A stretch of DNA of 64,000 bases from Acutalibacteraceae bacterium (lineage in GTDB: Bacteria; Bacillota; Clostridia; Oscillospirales; Acutalibacteraceae): positions 10,332 to 74,331 of the forward strand of contig JAZNJB010000006.1 in the NCBI GenBank assembly GCA_045577815.1, given 5' to 3'. Shown piece by piece: positions 44,436-53,299 of this stretch. The notes below the pieces were generated by a model. It saw nothing but the letters and a program-made list of their open reading frames with translations. It was not told the DNA's origin and made no database searches. Each line of letters begins with the position of its first letter. Position 1 is the first letter of the stretch. The translations under genes were made by a program, and so were the position numbers.

Positions 44436-44506
44436 TTTTCTTTCTCCTTTTTTAATCCTTTCAATGAATATGATGCAAAATTGTATTTAAGAAAAACAAT
44501 TTTGCT

Positions 44507-44551
44507 AAAAGCCGATATTTCGGCTTTTGTGGAAACGCAAGCCGTTTCCAC
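44507..44551. repeat. two abutting hairpins; the second is a family-1-like variant (loop GCTTG on the minus strand)
   Basis: AAAAGCCGA-TATT-TCGGCTTTT then GTGGAAACG-CAAGC-CGTTTCCAC. Confidence 0.7.
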
Positions 44552-45110
44552 ATTCTACAACCATTATATTGTGAATTTATTAAGGATTTTATACAAAACG
44601 CTCATAAATTAACCATAATAAAACAGACACAAAACTTTGTATATTTTTTCACAAATTGTAACCTTTAATTGCAAAAAAGAACATAAAATTTTTACGGCTT
44701 CAGTAAACATTTTTTGTTTTTGTCAAAATTGACTACGCAAAAATTATACATTTTGTATATTTAACTTTTCTCTGTTTTTTGTTCAAAACTGTGTTCAAAA
44801 TGTTTACAACTACCACCGTAACCCCTACATTCAAATAGGTTTTCGACATTTTTTACACTTTTTTTGACATTTTCCTAAAGGCTCAAAAATATACTCTTTG
44901 TTTTACTTTCTTTACAAATTATACAGAATGGAAACTGATTTCAACCACCAAAAATAAATGTTCGTTGTTAAAAATAGACAATCACAAAAGAGCACAAAAC
45001 CACCTTAAAAATACTGTTAAAAACGTAGAAAAACTTTAATTTTCTTAAAACATCTTGACATAAAACTTTACTGTTTTCCCGAAATATGATACTGTTATTC
45101 TGGTGATAAA

Positions 45111-45923
45111 ATGAAAGTTAAATACATTGACAAAAATATTGTTTTAAGAGATACAAAGCACTTAAATATTTCTCTTTGCCTTGATTGTGGACAAGCATTC
45201 AGATGGAAAGAAACCGAGGATGGTCTCTGGCAAGGAATTGCCTGTGGCAAATTTCTCGCTATAAAGCAAAAAGAAGATGAAATTATACTTTTCAACACAA
45301 CAAAAGAGGATTTTGAAAATCTCTGGATTAAATACTTTGACTTAGAAAGAGATTATGAAGCAATTCTTTCTTCCTATGACGAAGAAAATCTTATAACCGC
45401 TTGCAATACTCATCCGGGAATAAGGATTTTAAAGCAGGATGAATGGGAAGCAATTTGCTCATTTATAATTTCCGCTAACAATAATATCCCTCGTATAAAA
45501 GGCATAATTGAAAGACTCTGCGAAAATTTCGGAGAAAAAATCCAGGGTGGCTATACTTTCCCCTCACCCCAAAAGCTTGCAGAACTTGAGGTTGAAGATT
45601 TAGCTGTAATCCGTTCAGGCTTCAGAGCCAAATATATTATTGATGCCGCTCGTAAAATTGCAAGTGGCGAGGTTGATTTAGAAAAAGTCAAAGCAATGGA
45701 CTTTAATGAAGCTAAATCAGAGCTTTTAAAAATCAAAGGTGTGGGAGAGAAGGTTGCACAATGCGCCCTTCTTTACGGTTTCGGCAGAATGGAAGCCTTC
45801 CCCGTTGATGTGTGGGTAAAAAGAATTGTTGCCGAGCTCTACCCAAATGGGCTTCCCGAGTGCATTAAAGGTACAGAGGGCATAGCTCAGCAGTATCTGT
45901 TCCATTGGAGAAGATCACTATAA
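45111..45923 (+). CDS. ogg: 8-oxoguanine DNA glycosylase (Ogg, HhH-GPD superfamily)
   Basis: HhH-GPD segment IKGVGEKVAQCALLYGFGRMEAFPVDVWVKR, with Lys and Asp at the catalytic positions. Confidence 0.8.
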   Translation: MKVKYIDKNIVLRDTKHLNISLCLDCGQAFRWKETEDGLWQGIACGKFLAIKQKEDEIILFNTTKEDFENLWIKYFDLERDYEAILSSYDEENLITACNTHPGIRILKQDEWEAICSFIISANNNIPRIKGIIERLCENFGEKIQGGYTFPSPQKLAELEVEDLAVIRSGFRAKYIIDAARKIASGEVDLEKVKAMDFNEAKSELLKIKGVGEKVAQCALLYGFGRMEAFPVDVWVKRIVAELYPNGLPECIKGTEGIAQQYLFHWRRSL

Positions 45924-45963
45924 CAGCAATGCACTTTACTTTTTTGTAAAGTGCATTGCTGTT
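45922..45963. terminator. bidirectional terminator
   Basis: AACAGCAATGCACTTTA-loop-TAAAGTGCATTGCTGTT. Confidence 0.8.
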
Positions 45964-47065
45964 AATTTATTGATTTTAATACCTTTTCACCTATATCATT
46001 AATAACATCAAAATCCGTTGCTTTGATATAATACTCTTCCAGCCGGTCGTGAATATCTTTGGCTAAAGACAGCTTCTTTACAGCTTCATCAACAAGCTCT
46101 CTTTTTGCTCTTTTTTGAAGGGAGAGCTTTTCTTTATTTTGATAAAATGTGTCTTTATCATAAAAGCGAGTTGCATGAACTAATCGCTCACCATCATCAA
46201 TGGAATAGTGGTAGCTGTTTTGTGTGAAAATAGTTGTTTTAAGTTGAGGAATGATAATATGCTCGATTTTCGTATTGGGAAAAAGCGGACAATAGCATTG
46301 GCAAACATCATAACCTTTTTCTATGGCACAATTGCTGATATATTCGGCAACAAAGGGTGACACAACAGAAAATTCATCTTCAATTGTTATGATTTTTTCC
46401 GAAAGTGCCACAACTGTTTCATATTTAACATCAATACCATCAGGGGAAATTGCACTCAGAAATCTTTTATATATTTTGCCTTTTTCACCACTTTTATTTT
46501 CAGGAATTATTCTGTTTGCAAGGCGTTTAACATAGCGCATCAGCTTTTCTTCATCAATGGAATTTGCACAAATTGCAGTACTTTCCGCTTCAATTGCAGA
46601 AGCCACCCTGAGAAATTCAACAGTCTTTTTATGTTGAAGTGAATTTTCTTTCATAAGCTTTCCGATTTCTTCAATATGAGAATTAAGATATTTTCTGTCC
46701 CAGGCAACACCTAAATCAATTATATGCTCGCTGACACCCGGCATTTTCGGGTCAAAGGTATGGGGAGCAGTACCGTCACAGATAGAAAAATTAATTTCAG
46801 GAACCAATACCACATCAAGGGAGCTTGGATCTGCACTGCAGAAGCCCCTTTCTACATAATAACCCTTTCGCTCTGCCTTTTCTGCAACCTTTCTCATAAG
46901 AGTAGATTTACCCGTGCCGGGGCCACCCTTTAATATTAAATGCTTTCCTTCTATGTATGGGTCATAAAGACTGTTATAAAGTGAACAATACCCTGCTTTA
47001 TTATTCGCACCGAAAAAGAATGATACAGGAAGAACTGTTTTTTTCAAAATATCAACTCCTAACAC
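45962..47065 (-). CDS. P-loop NTPase of unknown function
   Basis: Walker A GGPGTGKST. The ORF opens with GTG 47065, but TTG 47047 has a better GGAG spacing. Confidence 0.7.
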   Translation of the reverse strand: MLGVDILKKTVLPVSFFFGANNKAGYCSLYNSLYDPYIEGKHLILKGGPGTGKSTLMRKVAEKAERKGYYVERGFCSADPSSLDVVLVPEINFSICDGTAPHTFDPKMPGVSEHIIDLGVAWDRKYLNSHIEEIGKLMKENSLQHKKTVEFLRVASAIEAESTAICANSIDEEKLMRYVKRLANRIIPENKSGEKGKIYKRFLSAISPDGIDVKYETVVALSEKIITIEDEFSVVSPFVAEYISNCAIEKGYDVCQCYCPLFPNTKIEHIIIPQLKTTIFTQNSYHYSIDDGERLVHATRFYDKDTFYQNKEKLSLQKRAKRELVDEAVKKLSLAKDIHDRLEEYYIKATDFDVINDIGEKVLKSIN

Positions 47066-47113
47066 ATTTACATCTTATACTATGAATTTTTCTATTTTTT
47101 GTTACTATCTTCA

Positions 47114-47142
47114 TTGACTTTTCAGTTCAGGAAATATATACT
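47114..47142 (+). promoter_or_regulatory. putative sigma-A promoter of rhaAD
   Basis: TTGACT, 17-nt spacer, TATACT. Confidence 0.5.
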
Positions 47143-47181
47143 AATTATGTATGTAATTATATGTGGAAACGAGGTTTTCTA

Positions 47182-48423
47182 ATGTCAAGATATGAAGAAG
47201 CTAAGAAGATTTATTCTTCTTTTGGCGTTGATACAGAAAAAGCCCTCGAAGCCCTTAAGGATGTAACAATTTCAGTTCATTGCTGGCAGGGTGACGATGT
47301 TATTGGCTTTGACAGTAAGGAAAGTCTTTCCGGTGGTATTCAGACAACAGGCAACTACCCCGGAAAAGCTTCAACACCCGAAGAGCTTATGGCAGATTTG
47401 GATAAGGCTTTCTCTCTCATTCCCGGTAAGAAAAAGCTTAATCTTCACGCAAGCTATGCAATTTTTGAAAACGGCGAATTTGCCGACAGAAACGCTCTTA
47501 AACCCGAACACTTCAAAAAATGGGTAGATTTTGCAAAAGAAAGAAATATGGGTATTGATTTTAATCCCACATATTTCTCTCACTCAATGGTTAAGGATGG
47601 TCTTACACTTTCTTCTCCTGATGAAGATGTAAGAAAATTCTGGGTTGAGCACGGCAAGGCTTGTCTGAAAATTTCAGAGTACTTTGCAGAAGAAACAGGA
47701 ATCCCCTGTGTTATGAACATCTGGATTCCCGATGGCTATAAGGATATTCCTGCGGACAGACTTGCACCAAGAGCAAGATTCAAAAAATCTCTTGATGAAA
47801 TTCTTTCAACTGATTACGATAAATCAAAGGTTTATGTAACCCTTGAATCAAAGGTTTTCGGTATCGGTGTTGAAAGCTATACTGTTGGTTCTGCAGAATT
47901 CTGCCTTTCTTATTCAGCGAGTAAGGGCATCACTCCCCTTATGGACAATGGTCATTATCATCCCACAGAATTGGTTTCCGATAAAATCTCCTCTCTTCTT
48001 CTCTTCAATGAGAAAATCGCTCTTCACATTACAAGAGGTGTTCGTTGGGACTCTGACCACGTTATTCTTTTGGATGACGAAACCAAGGAAATTGCAAAGG
48101 AAATCGTTTCTCACAATGCTCTCGACAGAGTATTTATTGCAACAGACTATTTCGATGCTTCAATCAACAGAATTTCTGCTTGGGTAACAGGTGTAAGAAA
48201 TGTGCAGAAAGCACTTCTTAATGCACTTCTTTTACCCACAGATAAAATGAAAGCTCTTCAGGAAGAAAGCGCATTCACAGAGCTTATGTATGTTCAGGAA
48301 GAAATGAAAACTGCTCCATTTGGCGATATCTGGGCAGAATACTTGGCAAGAGAAAATGTTAATAATGATTACTTTAAAGAAATCAAAGAATATGAAGAAA
48401 AGGTATTGGTGAAAAGAGTATGA
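47182..48423 (+). CDS. rhaA: L-rhamnose isomerase
   Basis: Colinear with E. coli RhaA motifs VHCWQGDDV, GGIQTTGNYPGKA, NIWIPDG, RWDSDHV, LLDDET. Confidence 0.93.
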   Translation: MSRYEEAKKIYSSFGVDTEKALEALKDVTISVHCWQGDDVIGFDSKESLSGGIQTTGNYPGKASTPEELMADLDKAFSLIPGKKKLNLHASYAIFENGEFADRNALKPEHFKKWVDFAKERNMGIDFNPTYFSHSMVKDGLTLSSPDEDVRKFWVEHGKACLKISEYFAEETGIPCVMNIWIPDGYKDIPADRLAPRARFKKSLDEILSTDYDKSKVYVTLESKVFGIGVESYTVGSAEFCLSYSASKGITPLMDNGHYHPTELVSDKISSLLLFNEKIALHITRGVRWDSDHVILLDDETKEIAKEIVSHNALDRVFIATDYFDASINRISAWVTGVRNVQKALLNALLLPTDKMKALQEESAFTELMYVQEEMKTAPFGDIWAEYLARENVNNDYFKEIKEYEEKVLVKRV

Positions 48424-49244
48424 AAGATATTTTAACAGCTCCCTTTGTGGAAGAAATGAAGCGTGCAACCGCTAATATGTACCGTCAGGGTTGGGACGAA
48501 AGAAATGGTGGCAACATCAGCTATATGCTGGAAGAGGAAGAGGTTGCAGAATACCTTGACCTTAACAATGTTATCCGCGAAATCCCCACAGGCTTTGATG
48601 CAACCTACCTTACAGGCAAAATCTTTATCGTTACAGGCACAGGCAAATATTTCAAGAATGTTGAGGTTGACCCCGAAACAAACCTTGGTATTATCCGTAT
48701 CGCAAAGGACGGCACAACAGCAGAGCTTCTCTGGGGTTATAAAGATGGCGGCAGATTCACAAGCGAGCTTCCCGCTCACCTTATGAGCCATATTTCAAGA
48801 CTTAAAGCAAACCCCGAAAACAGAGTTGTTATGCACTCTCATCCTACATACACTCTTGCAATGAACCACATCCACGAGCTTGATGAGAAAAAATTCACTC
48901 ATACTCTTTGGGAAATGTGTACTGAATGTATCGTTGTTTTCCCCGATGGTATTGGCGTTCTTCCCTGGATGGTTTGCGGTAACAACGAAATCGGTATTGC
49001 AACTGCAAAGAAAATGGAAGAATACAGACTTGTTATCTGGGGTCTTCACGGTATCTACGGTGCCGGTAAGGATATGGACGAAACCTTCGGCCTTATCGAA
49101 ACTGTTGAAAAAGCAGCTCAGCTTTATATGCTCGCAACTGCAAGTGGCAAGAGAATCAACACAATCACAGATGAAAACCTCTGGGCAATTGTTGAACGCT
49201 TCGCTCTTGAAGACCAGTGTAAAAAAGAGTTTTTAGACCTTTAA
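48420..49244 (+). CDS. rhaD: rhamnulose-1-phosphate aldolase
   Basis: GWDERNGGNIS and HSHP class-II aldolase motifs. 4-nt overlap with rhaA. Confidence 0.9.
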   Translation: MKDILTAPFVEEMKRATANMYRQGWDERNGGNISYMLEEEEVAEYLDLNNVIREIPTGFDATYLTGKIFIVTGTGKYFKNVEVDPETNLGIIRIAKDGTTAELLWGYKDGGRFTSELPAHLMSHISRLKANPENRVVMHSHPTYTLAMNHIHELDEKKFTHTLWEMCTECIVVFPDGIGVLPWMVCGNNEIGIATAKKMEEYRLVIWGLHGIYGAGKDMDETFGLIETVEKAAQLYMLATASGKRINTITDENLWAIVERFALEDQCKKEFLDL

Positions 49245-49259
49245 TATTCCAAAAATTAC

Positions 49260-49298
49260 AAAAAGATGTCCAATTATTACATTGGGCATCTTTTTTCT
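49260..49298 (+). terminator. rho-independent terminator after rhaD
   Basis: AAGATGTCCAA-loop-TTGGGCATCTT followed by TTTTT. Confidence 0.8.
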
Positions 49299-49337
49299 TT
49301 TCGCTTGTATATACTGTAATCAAAAGGAGAGGTAGAT

Positions 49338-49700
49338 ATGAAAAAATTTGATAAAGAAGAGAAAGGCTTTAAAATATTTTCTTATATAACACTTTTCATT
49401 ACAGGCTTCTACTTTTTTGCGCACCTTTTATTTTGGGTTTTTGAAGCAGAATTAATTACTCCTTACGATGATTTTGAACATACATTTTTTCTCATGATGC
49501 TTTTTATGGATATAGTCGGCTTGTTTATATATGTACCACTTGCCGGTATTGTAATTATAGTTCAATCCCTTTATTTGATCGCCAGATTGGCAGATACCGA
49601 AAATATAAAAAAGTGGTTTTACCTGCCATCTTTTCTGAATATAGTTTTCGGTTGTTTTAGTATATATGGTGTTTTAGAGCTTATTAAAAGTGCAGTTTAG
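49338..49700 (+). CDS. hypothetical membrane protein (120 aa)
   Basis: AAGGAGAGG SD and three or four hydrophobic helices. Confidence 0.6.
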   Translation: MKKFDKEEKGFKIFSYITLFITGFYFFAHLLFWVFEAELITPYDDFEHTFFLMMLFMDIVGLFIYVPLAGIVIIVQSLYLIARLADTENIKKWFYLPSFLNIVFGCFSIYGVLELIKSAV

Positions 49701-49735
49701 TTGATTGTTTCATAAAGCGGTCCTGTAAAAGTTTT

Positions 49736-50044
49736 GCGAAGCTTATCATCCCTGTTTCATCTTTGATGAAATAGGGAGGGGGACCGCCCTTTAATTAACT
49801 TTAATCATAAATCAGTTTATTTCGTGCTTATCGGTGCAGTTACAAACAAACTCAATCGGGGTGGTGGTGGGTTGCCACGCACCCTCTTCCCTTCGTTGAT
49901 GAGGAGAGTTAATAATTCAATTTACTAATTCATTATTTCTCTCATCTACAAAGGGTAATCTTTACGTGGCAACCCACCACCGCTAACGCGGTCCCCCTCC
50001 CTATTTTGTTTTCAACAAAACAGGGATGATAGTATTCGCTTCAC
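49736..50044. repeat. composite palindromic element: two family-2 units head-to-head (MITE/REP-like)
   Basis: The left unit 49736-49908 (+) and right unit 49939-50044 (-) share these blocks: TATCATCCCTG-27-nt hairpin-TAGGGAGGGGGACCGC, GGTGGTGGGTTGCC, and CCCTT..GATGAG. It fills the gap between convergent genes. Confidence 0.9.
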
Positions 50045-50050
50045 TTTTAT

Positions 50051-50500
50051 TTATGTCAGCATATAAATAAGTGCCATAATCAGCAATTCATCCGCTTTTT
50101 CTTCCGACAGAAGCAAAATAAGAGAAAGCAAAAGTGCTTTGTCACTATCAATATTCAAATCTCCGAAAACACTCTTCATTTTATCTTCAAATGTGTTTTG
50201 GAGTTTTGGTTGGTTATTGTTTTTATATTCGTTTTTTTGTTGAGATTTATTTTCTTCTTTTTCTCTCGGTTCACTTTCATTTTTAGAAGAATTCGAGCCA
50301 TATTTTTTAAAATTCTCAAGATAATCATTTGGCATTGGAACCCGTCGGGGTTCTTCTTTTTTTGCAGTTGGATTTTGTTGATTTTCTTGCTTCCCTCTTT
50401 CAAGCCCTGCGCTCTGCCGGGCTCTCTTTTGCATATCCTCGGCTCTGCGGATTGCATCATTCTGCATTTTCATAAGGTCCTGATATGAATAATCTGCCAT
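50051..50500 (-). CDS. hypothetical charged low-complexity protein (149 aa), third of a coupled trio
   Basis: Starts at the nucleotide after the upstream stop (TAAATG). C-terminal hydrophobic helix ALLLSLILLLSEEKADELLIMALIYML. Confidence 0.6.
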   Translation of the reverse strand: MADYSYQDLMKMQNDAIRRAEDMQKRARQSAGLERGKQENQQNPTAKKEEPRRVPMPNDYLENFKKYGSNSSKNESEPREKEENKSQQKNEYKNNNQPKLQNTFEDKMKSVFGDLNIDSDKALLLSLILLLSEEKADELLIMALIYMLT

Positions 50501-50905
50501 TTACATTATTCCCCTTTCCCTTAAAAGAGGTAAAACAGACATCAGCTTCACAAGCTTTGTTGCTTCATCCGCCTTTTTCTGCCGTTCTTCCGATAAAAGC
50601 GGTTTTAAAGCATAAATAAAATCCAATCGTTCATCCTTGGAATTAAACGCTTGTAAAATAGGAACAATTGCAGAAAGCTGACTCAAATCAGGCATACCTA
50701 AATTACCTAAACCACCCATACTCTTTAACAAATCATCAAGATTGAATTGGTTTTGTTCTTGCCTACTATTTTTAATTTCAGGTTCTTGTATGGGCGGTTT
50801 GTTATTCTCCATACCACCTAAAACCGATGCGGCAGTCTGCTTCAGATTTTCAATATCATCAGGAGTAAGGGAATTTAAAATGGCGTTTAAATCAAAATCA
50901 GCCAT
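50501..50905 (-). CDS. hypothetical protein (134 aa), second of a coupled trio
   Basis: ATG 50905 with GGAGGA upstream. Overlaps the stop of the preceding ORF by 8 nt. Confidence 0.6.
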   Translation of the reverse strand: MADFDLNAILNSLTPDDIENLKQTAASVLGGMENNKPPIQEPEIKNSRQEQNQFNLDDLLKSMGGLGNLGMPDLSQLSAIVPILQAFNSKDERLDFIYALKPLLSEERQKKADEATKLVKLMSVLPLLRERGIM

Positions 50906-51137
50906 TATTTTTTCCTCCGAAGAATTTATTAAAAATAGCTTTTGCCGCATCACTGTTCAGAAGCGCTTTTGTCTTTTCTTCGTCTGCAAGAAGATTTTTA
51001 ATTTTACTTGCTTGGTCTTCGCTCAGATTTTTATTTATAAAATCATTCAAACCATCGCTCGTATTAAGGTTTTCAGTTGTTGAAGCCTTTTTCAAAAGCT
51101 CATTTACATCAATTTTATCATTTCTTTGATTACTCAT
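50898..51137 (-). CDS. hypothetical protein (79 aa), first of a coupled trio
   Basis: GGGGGA SD 5 nt upstream of ATG 51137. Confidence 0.55.
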   Translation of the reverse strand: MSNQRNDKIDVNELLKKASTTENLNTSDGLNDFINKNLSEDQASKIKNLLADEEKTKALLNSDAAKAIFNKFFGGKNNG

Positions 51138-51200
51138 TGAAATCCCCCACTCAATTGTATATAATTAGTACAATATATTGAACTAGGGGGTTGATTATGT

Positions 51201-51662
51201 ATGCGAATACTTGTTCTTTCCGATTCTCACCGCCATAATTTTAACCTTTTCTCTGCTATTACGGAAGAGCCCACAGCCGAGGTTGTATATTTCTTAGGTG
51301 ACGGAGCAAATGAGTTTGAAGAGGCTCAGCTTATTTACGGAAAAGAGCAAGCCTTTATAGGTGTTCGGGGGAATTGTGATTTTTCTTCTTTCCTGCCCGA
51401 AAAAGATGTGCGGACAATCTGCGGTAAAAAGATTCTGGCAACTCACGGATATGTGCAGAATGTTAAATTCGGTTTAGAGGATTTGCAGCTTGAAGCAGTT
51501 AACGAAAAATGTGACATTGTTCTTTACGGACACACCCACATTCCGTTAAACACTTATAAAGACGGAATTTATTATTTCAATCCCGGTAGCTTAAGAGATG
51601 GTTGCTACGGAGTTGTTGATATTACCCCTAACGGCGTTATTTGTATAAATAAAAAACTATAA
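51201..51662 (+). CDS. YfcE/MJ0936-family metallophosphoesterase
   Basis: MRILVLSDSH, GDG, RGNCD, HGH and GHTH motifs in a 153-aa protein. Confidence 0.88.
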   Translation: MRILVLSDSHRHNFNLFSAITEEPTAEVVYFLGDGANEFEEAQLIYGKEQAFIGVRGNCDFSSFLPEKDVRTICGKKILATHGYVQNVKFGLEDLQLEAVNEKCDIVLYGHTHIPLNTYKDGIYYFNPGSLRDGCYGVVDITPNGVICINKKL

Positions 51663-51666
51663 TTAA

Positions 51667-51695
51667 TTGACATTTTTAATATATACTGTTAAAAT
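51667..51695 (+). promoter_or_regulatory. putative sigma-A promoter
   Basis: TTGACA, 17-nt spacer, TAAAAT. Confidence 0.5.
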
Positions 51696-51726
51696 TGTAA
51701 CATATTTTAAAAAGGTAGTGATAAAT

Positions 51727-52563
51727 ATGGATTTCAAATATTCACCGGCGCTATATCTTATAGCAGGTGCAGTTATCCTTTTTGTCCTTGCCCAGTCCAT
51801 TTTCTTCCTTGTTAAAGCTTTCAAACAAGGTAGAGCTCTCGGCTTAGACAAATCAAAACTGCGCAACGCTATTACATCCAGCGCACTCTTTACTATCCCC
51901 TCTGCACTTTCCATTCTTGCAACAATTATTGCTCTTGTTCCTGCATTGGGTCCCGTAATTCCTTGGGTTCGCCTTTCAGTTATCGGTAACTTAATGTATG
52001 AAACAACTGCTGCAGAAGCTGCAATGGAGGCATTTGGTCACGAGGGCGGTATGGCAGTTGCAGTTTCCGACCCTGAGGTTTATGCAGGTGTTGCATGGGT
52101 TATGACTCTTGGTATCTGCTTCTCTCTCGTAATTCTTCCCTTCCTTGCAAAGCCTCTTCACAAAAAGCTTCTTCAGGCAGGTAAGAAAGAGGAAGCTCCC
52201 AAAGCAGAGGCAAATGAAAACGCTCCTGCAGACGCAAAGAAAAAGAGAAGCCTTAACGGCTTTATTAACAACTTTGCAACTCCCGCAATTTTCATCGGTC
52301 TTATCGGTGCATTCATCGCTCGTGCTATTATCGGCTCCGGTAAGCCTGAAACCTTTGGCGATGGTGCAGGTGTGCTTTCAATAATCACTCTTGTTGTTGC
52401 TATTGTTGTTTCAATTGCACTTGAGGTTCTTGCAAAGAAGCTCAAGCTCACCTGGTTAGAGCCTTTCGTTATGCCTATTGGTATGATAATCGCTATGATT
52501 GCCGCAATCGTTTTCTTCAATATTCTTCCCGAAGAAATCGCTATGCTTGAATGGAGGGGTTAA
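51727..52563 (+). CDS. integral membrane protein of unknown function
   Basis: Start ATG 51727. Multi-TM with a central Lys/Ala-rich loop. Confidence 0.6.
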   Translation: MDFKYSPALYLIAGAVILFVLAQSIFFLVKAFKQGRALGLDKSKLRNAITSSALFTIPSALSILATIIALVPALGPVIPWVRLSVIGNLMYETTAAEAAMEAFGHEGGMAVAVSDPEVYAGVAWVMTLGICFSLVILPFLAKPLHKKLLQAGKKEEAPKAEANENAPADAKKKRSLNGFINNFATPAIFIGLIGAFIARAIIGSGKPETFGDGAGVLSIITLVVAIVVSIALEVLAKKLKLTWLEPFVMPIGMIIAMIAAIVFFNILPEEIAMLEWRG

Positions 52564-52565
52564 AA

Positions 52566-53243
52566 ATGGCTAAGAAAACAAAAAAATCATATTTTGACCG
52601 TGTTCATTCATGGGGCAGAATTTCAACCGTTACCGCTCTTTGTGCGCTTCTTATGTTTCCCATAGGCATCTGCCTTTATCTTAATGTTTTTCCTCCTATA
52701 AACGGTGTTCTTCAGGGTCTTCTCAAGCTTATTCCTACTTATTGGACAGTTGCAGTTGTTGAGGTTATCGTTTATACTCCCATGCTTGGTGCAGGTGGTA
52801 CATACCTTTCATTCGTAACAGGTAATATCGCAAACCTCAAGCTTCCTTGCGCTATCAATGCTATGGAAGGTGCAAATGTAAAAGCTAACTCTGAAGAGGG
52901 CGAGGTTGTTTCAACAATTGCTATTGCAACATCCTCTATTGTTACAACAATTATTCTTGCAATCGGCGTTATTGTTTTTGCTCCCTTCCTTCAGTCCTTC
53001 ACTGATAACGCTCTTCTCAAGCCCGCATTCGCTCAGGTTCTTCCCGCACTTTTTGGTGCTCTCGGCGCAGGGTACTTTATCAAGCATTGGAGAATTTCAT
53101 TCTTCCCCATTATTGTTATGATAATCGTCCTTGTTTTTGCAGGCTCAATGGGCGCAAGCACACTCCTTTTCGTAGGTATTGTTGCTTCCGTAGGCGGCGC
53201 ATTGTTTATGTACAAGAAAGGTTTACTTGACAGAGTAAAATAA
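52566..53243 (+). CDS. integral membrane protein of unknown function
   Basis: ATG 52566 with GGAGGGG upstream, 2 nt after the previous stop, so likely a two-subunit membrane complex. Confidence 0.6.
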   Translation: MAKKTKKSYFDRVHSWGRISTVTALCALLMFPIGICLYLNVFPPINGVLQGLLKLIPTYWTVAVVEVIVYTPMLGAGGTYLSFVTGNIANLKLPCAINAMEGANVKANSEEGEVVSTIAIATSSIVTTIILAIGVIVFAPFLQSFTDNALLKPAFAQVLPALFGALGAGYFIKHWRISFFPIIVMIIVLVFAGSMGASTLLFVGIVASVGGALFMYKKGLLDRVK

Positions 53244-53253
53244 CCATAACACA

Positions 53254-53299
53254 AATGACCTCATCTGCTTTTTACAAAGCAGATGAGGTCATATTTTTT
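53254..53299. terminator. bidirectional terminator
   Basis: AAATGACCTCATCTGCTTT-TTAC-AAAGCAGATGAGGTCAT followed by a T-run. Confidence 0.8.

Noticed and set aside
47182-49244. rhaA-rhaD without rhamnulokinase (rhaB), transporter or regulator, as a pathway anomaly
   Set aside because: The missing genes may simply lie elsewhere in the genome. Nothing in the sequence itself is abnormal, since both ORFs are intact and motif-complete.
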